Shown here: positions 40,141-53,392 of the stretch, piece after piece
How positions within the stretch are numbered: the first letter of the stretch is position 1
Layout of the letters: every line of letters begins with the position of its first letter
Assembly (NCBI RefSeq): GCF_030144855.1
Contig: NC_082725.1
Coordinates: 11,532,001 to 11,596,000 of the forward strand
From: Hypanus sabinus
Lineage: Eukaryota
Direction of reading: 5' to 3'
DNA: 64,000 bases
Translations under genes and position numbers: made by a program
The notes under the pieces: model-generated
Databases searched by the model: none
Told to the model about the DNA's origin: nothing
What the model saw: only the letters and a program-made list of their open reading frames with translations

Positions 40141-42269
40141 GTTTAGTCTCCAACCTTGAAGGAGGTACCCCATGAAAGGCTTGTTGAGAAAATAAGGAGA
40201 CATGGGATCCAAAGGGACATTGCTTTGTGGATGCAGAATTGGCTTGCCCACAGAAGGCAAAGAGTCGTTGTAGATGGGTCATATTCTGCAATGGAGGTCG
40301 GTGACCAGTGGTGAACATGTTTGGCACAGCATTCTGGGCCGAAGAGCTGTAGATTTTCTATGTTTCTAAGACTAAATTATTAATATGGCAACAGTTCAAA
40401 AACTATCTAATGCCTTTTAAAAACAAGATTTAAACCTTCTAAATAGAATAATTAGTTTACAAAGTTTAATATATTAACACTAATTATTAAATACAAGCTC
40501 ACACAACACATTCCTGGGATAAATGAGAGTTGAACATTGGATCCACACCCGTGGATTTGAAGTGTCTACAATGAACAGCAGACACTAAATTAATGTACCA
40601 CCAGAGAGCTGTAGTAAGTGCACAGAGTACAAAATGGCTAACTACTAAACAAGCACAAAACATTACATACACTTGACATCATTAGGGACACCAATCTGAT
40701 TTAAGTGTTGAACATTTTATGAATTGAAAGATAGAAAAATACAAAATATGAATCTCAGTTTAACACCAGCACTGTTGTACAAATACACCATTCAATCCAA
40801 CTAATCCATGTATATTATTATATAGTTAGAGATATCAGTGTGAAACAGGCCCTTCTGGACACTAGGCCACACCACCCAGCAACCTACCTTAGTGGGAGAA
40901 CAATTTTACAATGATCAGTGAACCTACCAACTGGTATGATTTTGGACTGCAGAAGGAAACTGGAGAACTTGAGGAAACCAACGTACACATAGGAAAAATG
41001 TATTAACTTTCTCACCAAGGACACTGAAATTGAAATCCCAAGCCGTAATAGTGTCACACTAACCTTTGCACGACCATGGATCCCTACACGAGCCTTTTTC
41101 CTCATCTAAAACTTTCAGCATTGACCTCTATTCTACCTCCCTCATTTGATTCTCCAACATTTAATGTATCAATCAAGTTCCACATTTTCATTCAGAAGAA
41201 CTTTCATAATTCTCCCTCAACTCTCATGGGATTATTGTACATTGGGAACTTTATTAACAGCACACTTTTTTCTTTTTAAATCTGGTGGTAGTTTTAATTA
41301 TCATTTGCTCATCCTTTCCTGAGATCGTAACCCTGACACTTCTAAAATGAGCTACAAGCATTCTCTGCATTCTTTCCAGTGCTTTTATATTCTTTTCACA
41401 TGGCAAACAGAACTGTAGACAGTACTCAAGGATAGTTTGTCAAGATTTGATACCAGTTTAACACAATTTAGCTACTCTTAATTCTACTTTTTAAACAAAT
41501 GAACAGTGAAGCTTTGCCATATTAATTTTCTAAAATGGTCTCAATAACTTGTGGCAATTTTTTTTTAATATAAAAGAGACAATGAATTTTTTTTCTCTAT
41601 CCAACCCAAACTTTTGCCCTCTGACAAATGTAACTGCATTTCCCAACCAAAGAGCATTCTTGTATTTGTCTATTTTCTACTTCACATGCCAATTATTTGT
41701 TTGTTCAGCAAGATTATTAAATAGCTCCACTGAAGTTTCTCTTGCAATCCACCCTCCAATTTCATATTACTGCATATTTAGAAATTATGGGAATCAGGAA
41801 TTGGATCCAGAGCTCAGATAACTTAATTACACCATTCTGGCTACATGTATATTGCTAAGTATATTAGAATAAATGTGCAACTCTTTAAAGTGTTACTAGC
41901 AGCTTGATTCATTTCTCTTAGTGCTGTAGAATCTGTCTTCATACAAGAAGGGATTTCACAGCACTATGTACTGCAACATATTATGAAACTATTTCCCCTC
42001 AATAATACAACATGAAGGAAATGGACAGTGAATTAAGGCCAAATAACCACAGGCACAACAAAAGTCATCAAATGATTTGGAGATTTTTTAAAAACATTAG
42101 GTCAGTGCCTGCATTATACCTTAAAATAACACATCAAATTTCATTTTATTTTCAAATTTGAGTAAGTTTTGCAGATTGGTAGATTTCAAAAGTCTGCCCA
42201 TTTCACCATTAGAATACAAAGTCAACTTTCAAACAGAGTAAAAGATTGCCTTCATAGTAAAGTTCCTTA

Positions 42270-42482
<213 letters not shown>

Positions 42483-45400
42483 CTAAATTCATCTAAACAT
42501 TTAAAACATATTTCCTGATACTCTCATTCATCTTACAATCAAATCCAAGCTAAGGTTGGAAATTAGGTCTCAAAAGCATACCAGATTTCTCCATTATGAA
42601 CTGGAATACTGAGTAGAACATACTTATATTATGACAGCAACCAACAAGCAGCACAAGAAGCTGTTGAGGTTTCAGCAACATGGCATGGCTATGAACTGAC
42701 CACAAATCCATGTACTACAACTAGTTTTAAAAACAAGCACTTACACAAAAGCCAAAGTGCAGGCTTGCAGGAATATTGTAGTTTGCAAAAATGCAAGAAT
42801 ATGGGCATAATGAACTAACCAATTAAGGATTCAAGACCAAGGTGGCTTTGCAATTGGCAAAAAACACACAAGAACACTTGATTTTCATCCAAGTCATCTC
42901 TAAATATTATTGATTTGAATATCTCATAGATTTCGTATTAGCTTTTAAGATCAACTCTGCCCTCCAGCTAGCATATGCTTTGTCTATTGTTAAATAACTG
43001 CAAACCAGGTGATTGGATCATATCTGCATAGATATAAGCATACAGGTTTCCCGAGGAACTGAAACAATTACTCTTTTTCTCCCCTAGTACAGTACAGGAA
43101 AATAATCTGTAACGAGTAGAGCAAATGGCCTTTTTAGCAGACACTACTACAAATTTTATAACATATATAAAAATGAGCAGACACAAAGAAAAGTTGTTGA
43201 AGTAAAAATGAACATGGAAGTGCTTAATGATGCATCATCTCTACTTGACAAAAAGGTTTCTCCCTATAGGAAGTCAATATTAACAACTGTGTGTGGAACA
43301 AAATATTGACCTTCAAAGTGGGAGATGCAATAAACAGGTGGGTCATGAGTATTTTGAAACAAAAAGGGGCTGCCTTCTCATTTTGTTAAATGTTGCTTTG
43401 AAGTCCAAAGAAAACTGGTTTGCAGACAACCATCATAATAAAATGTAAATCATTAAGCTATGTAATTTGAAAGATTTAAAATTTAAACCTGCTTGATAAA
43501 AAAGCCTGTCTTTAAATGGGACCAAAACTCCTACTGGCTTGGATTATAGTTTGGGGGTGGGGGGGGGGGGGGGCTTGAATCCTGAAATGTACTGATTTTG
43601 TTAACGTAGTATTAAAGCTGATCCTTACTTGACACAAGAGCATTTAATTAGCACAGTCACATGAACATCAGACAGTTTAACGCTGATTCTCTCTCCAAAT
43701 TCGAAAGAAAACTTAATTCTGCTTCCAATAAAATAGTATCAACTTACAACCATTTAAACTGACTTCTCTACTGGTCAGTGGGATTTGAAGAGTTTCTAAA
43801 TCACTCACCTATCTCTAACAAGCTTGTTGTTTTTTTCCTAATCTCATTTACCCCAAAACACATACACAGCCCAATCAACTTTACTTGATTTTACAAACAA
43901 CTGCTTTTGATACCACCAATAAACAGATTCCTCCAATGCAATTACCACAAAGTTACATGAAAATTTACTGGGCCTTATTCTAACTGGACACAATTTTAAA
44001 ATCTTTTTTTGAAGACAGCAACCCTTAATTTTACATACTTAAAGAAATTTAATTGAGGAAATTTGAGTATTTTGTGTCAGATTCACAAATCATGAAAAGG
44101 TTTCTAAGGGGCATATGATAAAAGATTTTAAAAATGCTATTAAAAAAGCACATTATAAAGTCTGCAATTTTTGCTTAAAACTGCATAAAGTTGGTTCTGA
44201 TGTGCCATAAATGCCAGGAACATTTTGTGGGATGAGGTTTTGTTACCAAAGCAGGGGATTGAGCTACCACAAAAGTTTGAGGAAATGTGTATTAATAAAT
44301 TTCCCTTACCGTTTTATTCAAGAATATAAAAAATACAAGGAGGCCATCTATCCCATCAAATCTATGCCTCCATTCACTAAGATCATGGCTGACAGAGCTG
44401 TAAACTCAGTTCCATCTACCTTTTACCCCCATAACCTGTTGTGGAAAAATCTCATTTTACCACACAAGGTGGCATGCCATTCCTACGTTACTATTTTCCA
44501 AACATTTCCTCAAAGTTCTAACTCAATAATCTTAAATAAAAACAGAAAATACTAGAAACAGAAAGTCAGACAGCATTAGTGAAGGGAGAAACAAAATTTC
44601 AGATTCTACTTTCCATCAAGAATGCCTGACCTGCTTAACACTTCAGCATTTTCTTTTTATTTTAGATTTCCAACACCCACAGTATTTTTGGTTTTTGATC
44701 ATTGCACTAGAAGTAAAACTGATGGGAAAGTAGTACAGAATGTAATCAGCAATAGATTGTAGTAAATGGATCACAAACTGTCTGGTAACCTAAAACAAAA
44801 ACATCAACATGGGATTTACTTGTCCATAACCAAGATCAGTTAGGAAATAAGGTGTTCAGCTGAGTTTACTGGGCAAAAATAAAATAATTTACATAAGGAT
44901 ACCAGGATCTGAGCTTGGCGAGTTTCATATTTTAGCGACTCATACTGTATACACTTCATTGCAGATCAATTTAACATGTTAGACCAATTATATATGGTAC
45001 ATAGAACCAACAAAAGATACCAAGAGGCTTGGAGTGCCCTGCGGGTTATGCAGGTTAAAATCGGCATGATACGCTTAGTATCAAATGAAAGTAGTTTTGT
45101 ATCAAAAAGTTTTTCTGAGCTAGCACAAGTTAAGAGCATTCACTGTTGCTTCTCATCAGAAACCTTCCAGTAAACATTTGTAATTGCTTGTCTGGTTTAG
45201 ATATCATCCCAAGTCTCTGAAGCAATGACTAACTCACTGCATTTGCACCATTAGACCACAAAACACTTTAAACCCATTACATGAGAATCTAAACTGAAAG
45301 CACATTTCAGAGGACAAGTGTTGCGCAGAACAAGGTTTCAAGCAACACCCTTGGGTTAAGGAGAGCATCAGACCTATTATGCTTGCCGAAATTCATGTTT

Positions 45401-46978
45401 TATTCTTTAGTGAAGGCCTTTAGGCATATACAATTATCAATGCATGAAATAAAGGCAGTTGCAATATTACCTGTCTCACCAACTGTCAGGCACCAGAAGC
45501 ATTATTAGCACTACTTTTTGTTTAGCATTGTTAACAAGATGACCAACAACAACAGAAACTCTACAACTTCCTCACCATACCAGACTTGTACAGCCAGAAG
45601 CTACTACTACTGTTCATGACAAAACCATGCAACAATGAGTGGAAAAAAATCCCCCAGGAAACTACAATTCATGAAAATGGCTCACTAAATTAATGCACTA
45701 AACATACAGCTGAACAAACCAAGTTATTGTTTTGAACATAACCTGTGTTAGATGCAATACCTAAATGCATGGTAAGATACAACCACCCTGGTTTCAGTCC
45801 CCAATAGCTTAACATTAATACCCAAATGCATATCGACATTAAGCAGAACAGAAATATGGTTAGCTACAAGGAGCTTTACAATATAGATTCTACATGAGTA
45901 AACGCAAAACACAAATTGTCACTTAAGCAAGGGATTAGAGTAGAGCCATATGGCACTTAAACAAAGCTAATGTTTTTAGAGAGGAGGAAAAAGGAAGCAG
46001 AAAAACTAAGTGCTAGTTTAAATCTTGTGGGATATTTTAAAACAATCCTGTTACCCAGTCATGTAGATCTTGATCTATGACTAACACAAAATACTTTCTA
46101 CCATTTGACTGCAAAGTTGGGCTAACAAATTTTAAAATCAGGGAAGGGAATAATCTAATTTACCTCCCACCCTTAGGACAAAATTAAAAAGGGTTCCAAT
46201 ACTTCAAAAAATTGACTATGTAAATTACTGATCCTAAAGTTAATGCTATTAATTAATATAGGTTTCCCATTTTACACATAAGAATTTTAAAAATATTCAA
46301 TGCATAGACTCAAGCCACAATCTAGGAGTAAAATCAGGCAAGCAAGATAGAATTTCATACCTGGATTTCAGAAACAGAATTAACACTTAACAGTTTAAAA
46401 CAAAATTATTGTAGATTAATGAGTGAAGAGAGGGACACATACTAAATGCCCCAATTCATCACGTTTGATAAAGGAATCAATGATATAAGATCGTAGCAAG
46501 TATATTTAAACTAACAATAAAAATCTAGAGAAATAATTTGAACAAAATTTCCTCATTAGATTTTATTCCCTACTAACTGGGTCATTGCCAAATTCTGGAT
46601 GGACAATTGGAATGCTCCCCCCATGTTTAGAAAACCCTTTTATTCACTAAGATAGCCAAGCAATTTACAAGCCTTTTACCAGCTCCATTACTGGCATTTT
46701 AAGGCAAGTTGTCAATCTCATCCAGTCCTCAAAATGGCAGAACTAGATTTCTGAATGGTCAATGAAGCTATGTACGCTACCACACTATTTCTTGCCCTAC
46801 ATAATGCTAGAGATATTAAACCTGATTCCAATAACAGCATGACCTCAACTTATCATTTTAGGGCCTGGGAGTTTACAAATTTTACTCATCACTCTATATA
46901 TTGTCAAATTATCACAAACTGTAAATGGGATATAACATGCTGATGCATTTTCTTTATTATAAACATGGATTAACTCAC

Positions 46979-47059
46979 TAGTAGAAACAAGGCTAATAGG
47001 AGAAAAAAAGGAATCTTCAACCGTAGTCATCTTCTACTGTGTATCCGCCTACTCAAGTC
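46979..47059 (-). CDS. CBX3: Candidate CBX3 upstream exon with in-frame ATG at 47030
   Basis: ctgattattttttcctag| acceptor and |gtgagt donor; 52 coding nt plus 5 nt of the next exon put MTTVEDSFFSPISLVSTNK in frame with MGKKQ. Confidence 0.5.
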
Positions 47060-48932
47060 CTAGGAAAAAATAATCAGCAATTGCTCACATATAAATAAAT
47101 TCAGCATTTCAAACACTTACATTTTGGTGTTATCAAGACAGTAATAGCTTTAAAAAACTTGCTTAAATTCTTTATTTCGTTTAAATTAAGAAGGGATACA
47201 TAGTGCAAGATGCCAAAGGTGATTACAACTGATTATGGAGCAGCCAACTTCACGTACATTCCAACATACACTAACAGGCCGAACACTAAAATTAAATTAA
47301 CGAGTTTAATGATTCAACTTGAAGCAGATGCGCATCTAACAACTCAGGTTTTAAAAAAAAAACTCGATTGAAACTGAAATGTGCCACACATAGGAAAGTA
47401 AACAAAAGAACATTAAACTTTTACTAACTCGTCCACTAAAACAACGTGTTTACAACCATTAGCTAAAGAAGATCCTTTCCTACACATTTATTTTTCCCTC
47501 GGAAATTATAACCTGAGTTCAGACTAGTTTATCTAAAATGAGTTTGGCTCGAAAGTGCACTAAACTGAATTGTACTACGTGGTAAAAATTCACTTTCCCA
47601 TAACAAACTACATCTAAATGACTGAGAATACACAACCTAACGCTTTAAGTAAACATATAACAAGGTTGTGTTCTTTATCAGTCTGCAAACGAAATTTGTT
47701 AACCAATGTTTTTATTACAACACTCGCCCATTACGTACCCAGTTACGCAATAGCTTAATTGTTTTTCTAATTAACCCAACGAAAGTATACATAAAAAGCA
47801 ACTTAATCAGAACACTTTTAAAAGCATCATTTAACCTAAAGAACAATGCCGCTAAATCAAAGATCAAAGTAATTTTTTACGACCACCAAGATTAAGACAA
47901 GATCACCATCACCCTAATGCAAAGCAGAAAAATGTAAACAAAACTCCCGAGACCACTACAAAAAAAATGCAGGCGGAGTTGATTTTTGAAAAATAAAGAA
48001 AAATCCTCGGGTTGGAGCCAACGCCCGCCCGGGGCACAAACAGAAAACTCAGGGGCCTACACCAGCCGCGTCCACAGATTAAAAACAAGTTTTATTTTAT
48101 CTGCCTACAGGGCCCGAAATGGGCCGTGGCGGCAGTGCGGCTTCGGGGAGGGGGTGGGAGCTCCAGTCCGGCCGCAGCCAGTGGAACTCCGATGGCGGCG
48201 AGCTAGCAAGGCCGCCGACACCGCCGCCTGCCTGCTTGCCGGCCGCCCTACCTGCCCCGTCCGCTCTGCTCCCGCTCCTGCTCCGCACTCCAACCTCAGC
48301 TCCTATGTCTCCCCGGCCGCCGCGCTCGTCTCCGCCGCTCACTCACTGTCCCGCCAAAACCACGCGCGGCCGCAGAGCGCACGCGCGGCCCCGCGCCGCC
48401 GGCCCCCTCGCCGCTTTCTAAATTTTAAAATCGCAATCCGCGACGAAAACCCGCCTGTCCTCAAGAGACGGGGTCGGCTGTGGCCCGCTGGCGTGAAATA
48501 AAGCGGGCCCACAGACCGAGTCTTTATCCGTTCGCGGGTTCGTGCTGCCACGTGACCGGCAATAGCTATCGGAGAATTCGCTGGGGAAATTCTATGAAAG
48601 CACTTCGATAATTTTAAAACTTCTTATTGATGGAAAAAAATAAACAGTGTGACAGTATATATTTTATACGCGATATTAAGGCGCTATTTTAAATTGCGTC
48701 ATTCCGGTAGAACTTCGGTCTTTTCCGCCAAAGGCCGCCGTGTCTTGATCGGCAACTTTCATCGAATATATACGCCATATCAATAAATATTTAGAAATTA
48801 TACGTGATTTTCAGAATTTTAGGGCACGGTTTAAATTTTTTTGGTGGACTTTCGTGTTTTGGACGAGCTAGGTGTATTTTCCGTTGGTAGGCGCGGGTCA
48901 CGTGAGCGGAGGGCGCCCATTTTGTGGTTCAG

Positions 48933-48947
48933 AGAAGGTTCTAGAAA
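48933..48947. promoter_or_regulatory. Heat shock element (three nGAAn units)
   Basis: aGAAggTTCtaGAAa, a perfect match to nGAAnnTTCnnGAAn, about 135 nt upstream of the HNRNPA2B1 ATG. Confidence 0.7.
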
Positions 48948-49081
48948 AAGGACTGAGTGGAGGTGCTGGCTGAGGCTCGGCTCAGCCGTCGACTTTCTTT
49001 AGATTCAGAGCCAACTTTACGCTGAGTACAGAGCATTTGAGTTGAAGTACAGTTATTTTGCAAACATTTCTTTCGAAGAGG

Positions 49082-49087
49082 ATGGAG
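49082..49087 (+). CDS. HNRNPA2B1: HNRNPA2B1 exon 1 coding part (Met-Glu)
   Basis: gaggATGGAG|gtaagg, the same two-codon first exon as in mammalian HNRNPA2B1. Confidence 0.85.
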
Positions 49088-51346
49088 GTAAGGGGTAGGA
49101 AAACGGGGCTGGAGTTTTTTTTTAATGTTTTTAAAGATTTGAGTAGTGGAGGGGGTGGGGAAAGAGGCATCCACGAGTATGCAGCTAATACCGTAACGGA
49201 AGCAGGTCGAAAGCCAGGTTGGTTTTCCCACTGGGCGAATTAGTGTAATGAACAAATAAAACAGTTGAGTTGTACAGTTGAGTTAATTTCTGCTCTCTCC
49301 GTTTTTTTCCTTCTCTATCTCATTTTTATTCCCTCCTTATCCCTCTGTCTCTCCTTACCTATTTTTTTCTCTCTCTCCAGAATGCCCTTAAGGCTGCACT
49401 CTCTTTTTGCACTACTAGCTTAGACCCTGAAAGTGAAGAGCGAGGTTCAGCAGACAGATGAACTTTCCGGGTACAAGTGCACGTGTGTGTCACTAACAAG
49501 CCAAATGTGACCCCAAAAAAACAGATGGAGTTGGGATACTCCAAATAAGTACTTTGAGCCAAGATTATTAATTTTCTAATCCTTCTTGCCACTTGTTGAA
49601 GAAAAGGCAGCCAGTTGCTGTACATTTTTCCACATGCAACAACGTGACAAGATAATAGACTCCAGCCTTCAGTCGAACTTTGCTTATTTTGTTTTTCTGT
49701 GTGAAAGCCACAAGAAAAGGAATTTCAGGGTTGTATGTGGTGACATTAAAGTATTTTGGTGATTTACTTCTGAACTCTGTTAATTTACAAGCATTATCTA
49801 TCATCAGGGACCCCACCACCCAGGACGTGCTCTCATCACTGCTGTCATCAGGAAGGAAGGGCAAGGAGCCTCAGGACTCTCACCACAAGTCCAGTTATTA
49901 CCCCTCAACCCCTTGCCCCTTTACTGAAGCGTTTTCACAACCTACGGACTCACTTTCAGAGACTCTTCATCTTGTGTTTTCCATATTGACTGCTCACTAT
50001 TTTCTTTTACTATTTGCACAGTTGTGCATACAGGTTGCCTGCCCTGTTGGTGTGCTCTCTCATTGATCTATTATGGTCATTGGGTTTGTTGTGGACCACA
50101 GTTGCCATTTGTTCCATGTAACTTAAAACCTGAGCCACAGAACTCTAACTTATTAATAGTGTACATCCCACTTCATTAGTATTGGCAGGTTTGTAAGTGA
50201 GGTACAAATGAAGCTCACTCTTGACTTAATTTCCAACATGACAAAATGAAATTATTACAGTACTTCTAGCTATTTCTGAAAACATGTAAAATAAACTTAG
50301 AAGCTTTGTCTATATAGTGCATTTAGTGAATGAAAATGTCACTTAACAAGAGCAAGGTCAGACCAAAAGTCTCTTCCAAGGATATAATTAGGGCACTTAA
50401 CCCATCCCAGTTCAAAGTAAATTTTATTATCAAAGTACATGTTTGTTACCATATACCATCCTGACATTCATTTAACTGCGGGCATGCTCAGCAAATCTAT
50501 AGAATAGTAACTAACAGGTTCAATGAAAGATCAACTAGAGTGCAGAAGATAAACTACTAAATACTAGTTTTTAGTGTATACACAAGGATTTAAAGTGGAT
50601 GTTCAAATATAGGCAAGGAGTGAGGGTGAAAGATGATGCGCAAACACCAAGCCTAGAGCAGAGATGTTAGAATGGAAAAGCTATGAGGAATTTTGAACAT
50701 TTAAACTTTTGACTCTTGGTTAGCTCAGCATTAATTCAGTAAAACATTGATAGTTGTCTAAAAATTTCAGCTGCGTTGGATGGAAGTGACATTTTGATAT
50801 AAAATCCAATTTAAAGGCTGTGGGGTGGAAAGTGGCTTCAAGCATTGAAACAATTTCCTCATAACTGAAAACGTGAGGCTCAAGCTGAAGTCGCGCATGG
50901 GTCAAATGGCTCTTTATAGAAGTGATACTGAAACCAGTGTGGTCTTTACATATGGTGAAATGTGTAAAGTTAGGTAAAGAAAATGGATATGATGAATAAA
51001 GAATTTTCAGCTTCAGTGCACAATATTGAATAGGAAGTGGTAAGACAACTAACTGGCAGTATAAATGGTATTTGAAGGAAGAGTATTGTTTGTGTAGATG
51101 TGGGTACAGCCATTATACCTCCAGCATTTCTAATCTGGTCTAGGTGAAATCCCTTAAGTTTTTGAAAAGGTCTTGGTCAGACAGACTCGGGCATCTGTAA
51201 CTGCTGTTGAAAACCAGTCCTTGGCCTAGCAAAGGCATCCCCTAATGCTCTACAATGTTTTGCACTCGGACTACAGTTAACCTGATACTACAGTGCCCTT
51301 TTAATGTCCGTATCGTGATAGTAGTTTAAATCAATAAATCAATTGA

Positions 51347-51499
<153 letters not shown>

Positions 51500-51868
51500 T
51501 AATTTATCTGGTAATGTTTTGAAATAACTTGCAATCTGAAGCTGATACCTTAAAGAATGGCTAGTTAATGAACTATTTAGTGTAACTTAAGCTCTATTGT
51601 CTTGGAATGCATTTTTATTGATAACGGGCTTGTTCCATGTAACCACCTTTTTGGGGGGGATATAAAAAGCCTTTTATGTACATATTACATGAAAAGTTAA
51701 ACTTTCAAATAATATTTCTCTCCCCCCCCCCCCCCCCCCATTATATACCTGAAAGGAAAGTCAGCCAATATTTTAGAAATTTCGCCAGGGTTGCAAATGT
51801 TGAAGTGACCTCCATGGGCTGAGTTATTATTAACCTAAGCATTTACAAAAATATTTTCTACATGTTAG

Positions 51869-52084
<216 letters not shown>

Positions 52085-52269
52085 TAAAAAGCTAAATTAA
52101 ATAAACTCAGTAAACTTGTGTACTCTGCCACAAACTAGTGGATTTGTGTAGTTGCCCTGTTGATTTATTTTTAAGCTTTTGCAATTAATAAATAGGTTAT
52201 TTGATTTGACTTGATCCATAGCTTAAGAAATAAGGTCTGCCTAAGTTTAAAAGTTGTGAACTTGTGTGT

Positions 52270-53025
52270 ATTATAGAGACAGGCACTTAGTTCCACGGTA
52301 TCCACCTTGACCATCATGCCTATCTATACTAATCCCAGTTGACAAATTAATTCTGTGTCCATCCATGCCCTCCTCATTCAAGTACCTGTACCACCATCTA
52401 CTCTGGCAACTGGTTTCAGAAACCATTTATTATTTGAATGGAAATTTTGCTCCTCAGAACCCTGTTAAACCCCAACTCACCTTAAACTCGTGTCCTCCAG
52501 CTTTAGACATCACTACCTTGGGAAACAGACAATAGCTATTTAAACTTTGTGTTTTCTCATAATTCTATGTACCACAATCATCACCTTTCACTTTCCAGGC
52601 AGAATATACGTAGCATAATTTATCTCCTCATAACTAACTGAAAGCTCATCGATCTAAGCAACATCCTTGTGAATCTTGCCTGCATCTTCTCTAGCTTATG
52701 CGTAATTTTTCTGTAGTGGTGGCCAGAGCTGTACACAAAATTCCAATTGTGACCTAATCAAATTTTTACTTGAATGAAACATAATAACCCATCTCTTGCT
52801 TTCAGTGGCTTGGCTGATGAAGGCAAGCATTTTCTGTCATCTTCACTGCCTTACTTTTGTTGTCATTTGCAGGTAACAATGTACATGTACCCCAAAGTGT
52901 GTGTGTTGAGCAACATTCCTCAAACATTCATCCACATTCTAGTGGTTTGATATCCCGTTGCAACTTTGGATATCCTACTTCACTGTCTACTATATCACCA
53001 TTTTTTAAAATCAATCTGTAAACTT
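52270..53025 (-). mobile_element. Old degenerate CR1 fragment
   Basis: Reverse-complement CR1 3' features such as ggcaacatccttgtgaatct and gatgaaggcaagcat. Confidence 0.55.
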
Positions 53026-53057
53026 GTTAATTGTTGCCACTTGTATACTTCTCATCC

Positions 53058-53146
53058 ACAAAAGTTTGTCTCAAAGGATGACTTTCAGTAGATTGCAGCA
53101 AGGTAGCTGCTCTGCTACTTACGAAACCCTGAGCCTGAATTAGGTC
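53058..53146 (-). pseudogene. Second 28S rRNA 3'-end fragment
   Basis: Near-identical to 58244-58331; no hAT TIRs nearby. Confidence 0.8.
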
Positions 53147-53392
53147 CCGGTCCCTAACCCTAATGTCCCATGTACAATGTATAAGAAACTTAGAAATTTT
53201 GTTAGGCTTCAAATAGAAGAGAGTTGTGTCACTTGTTTCCTCAAAACTTTGTTGGGTGGATGTCAGTGGAAACTAGCTCATCACAAGTAATCTATTTGTT
53301 AGTACTTTTTGTAGAATAGTTCGAATAATTCAGTAATGTAGCATTAACATTTGAGGCAATAGACCTGTGTAATTCTATTTTAATTATGTGTG

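Larger units (their letters stand above)
48000..49250. promoter_or_regulatory. CpG-island bidirectional promoter of CBX3/HNRNPA2B1 (A2UCOE equivalent), including the non-coding CBX3 exon 1
   Basis: CpG-dense region between divergent genes; minus-strand donor candidates at 48347|GTGAGT and 48252|GTAGGG; E-boxes, YY1-like CCATTTT and an HSE. Confidence 0.88.

Noticed and set aside
43552-43573. Poly-G/poly-C runs (also near 26733, 51722 and 56470) as G-quadruplex elements
   Set aside because: Simple homopolymers, prone to length error, with no other supporting evidence.
47986-48501. 171-aa ORF and overlapping ORFs in the CpG island
   Set aside because: Stop-poor GC-rich promoter sequence with no recognisable domain.
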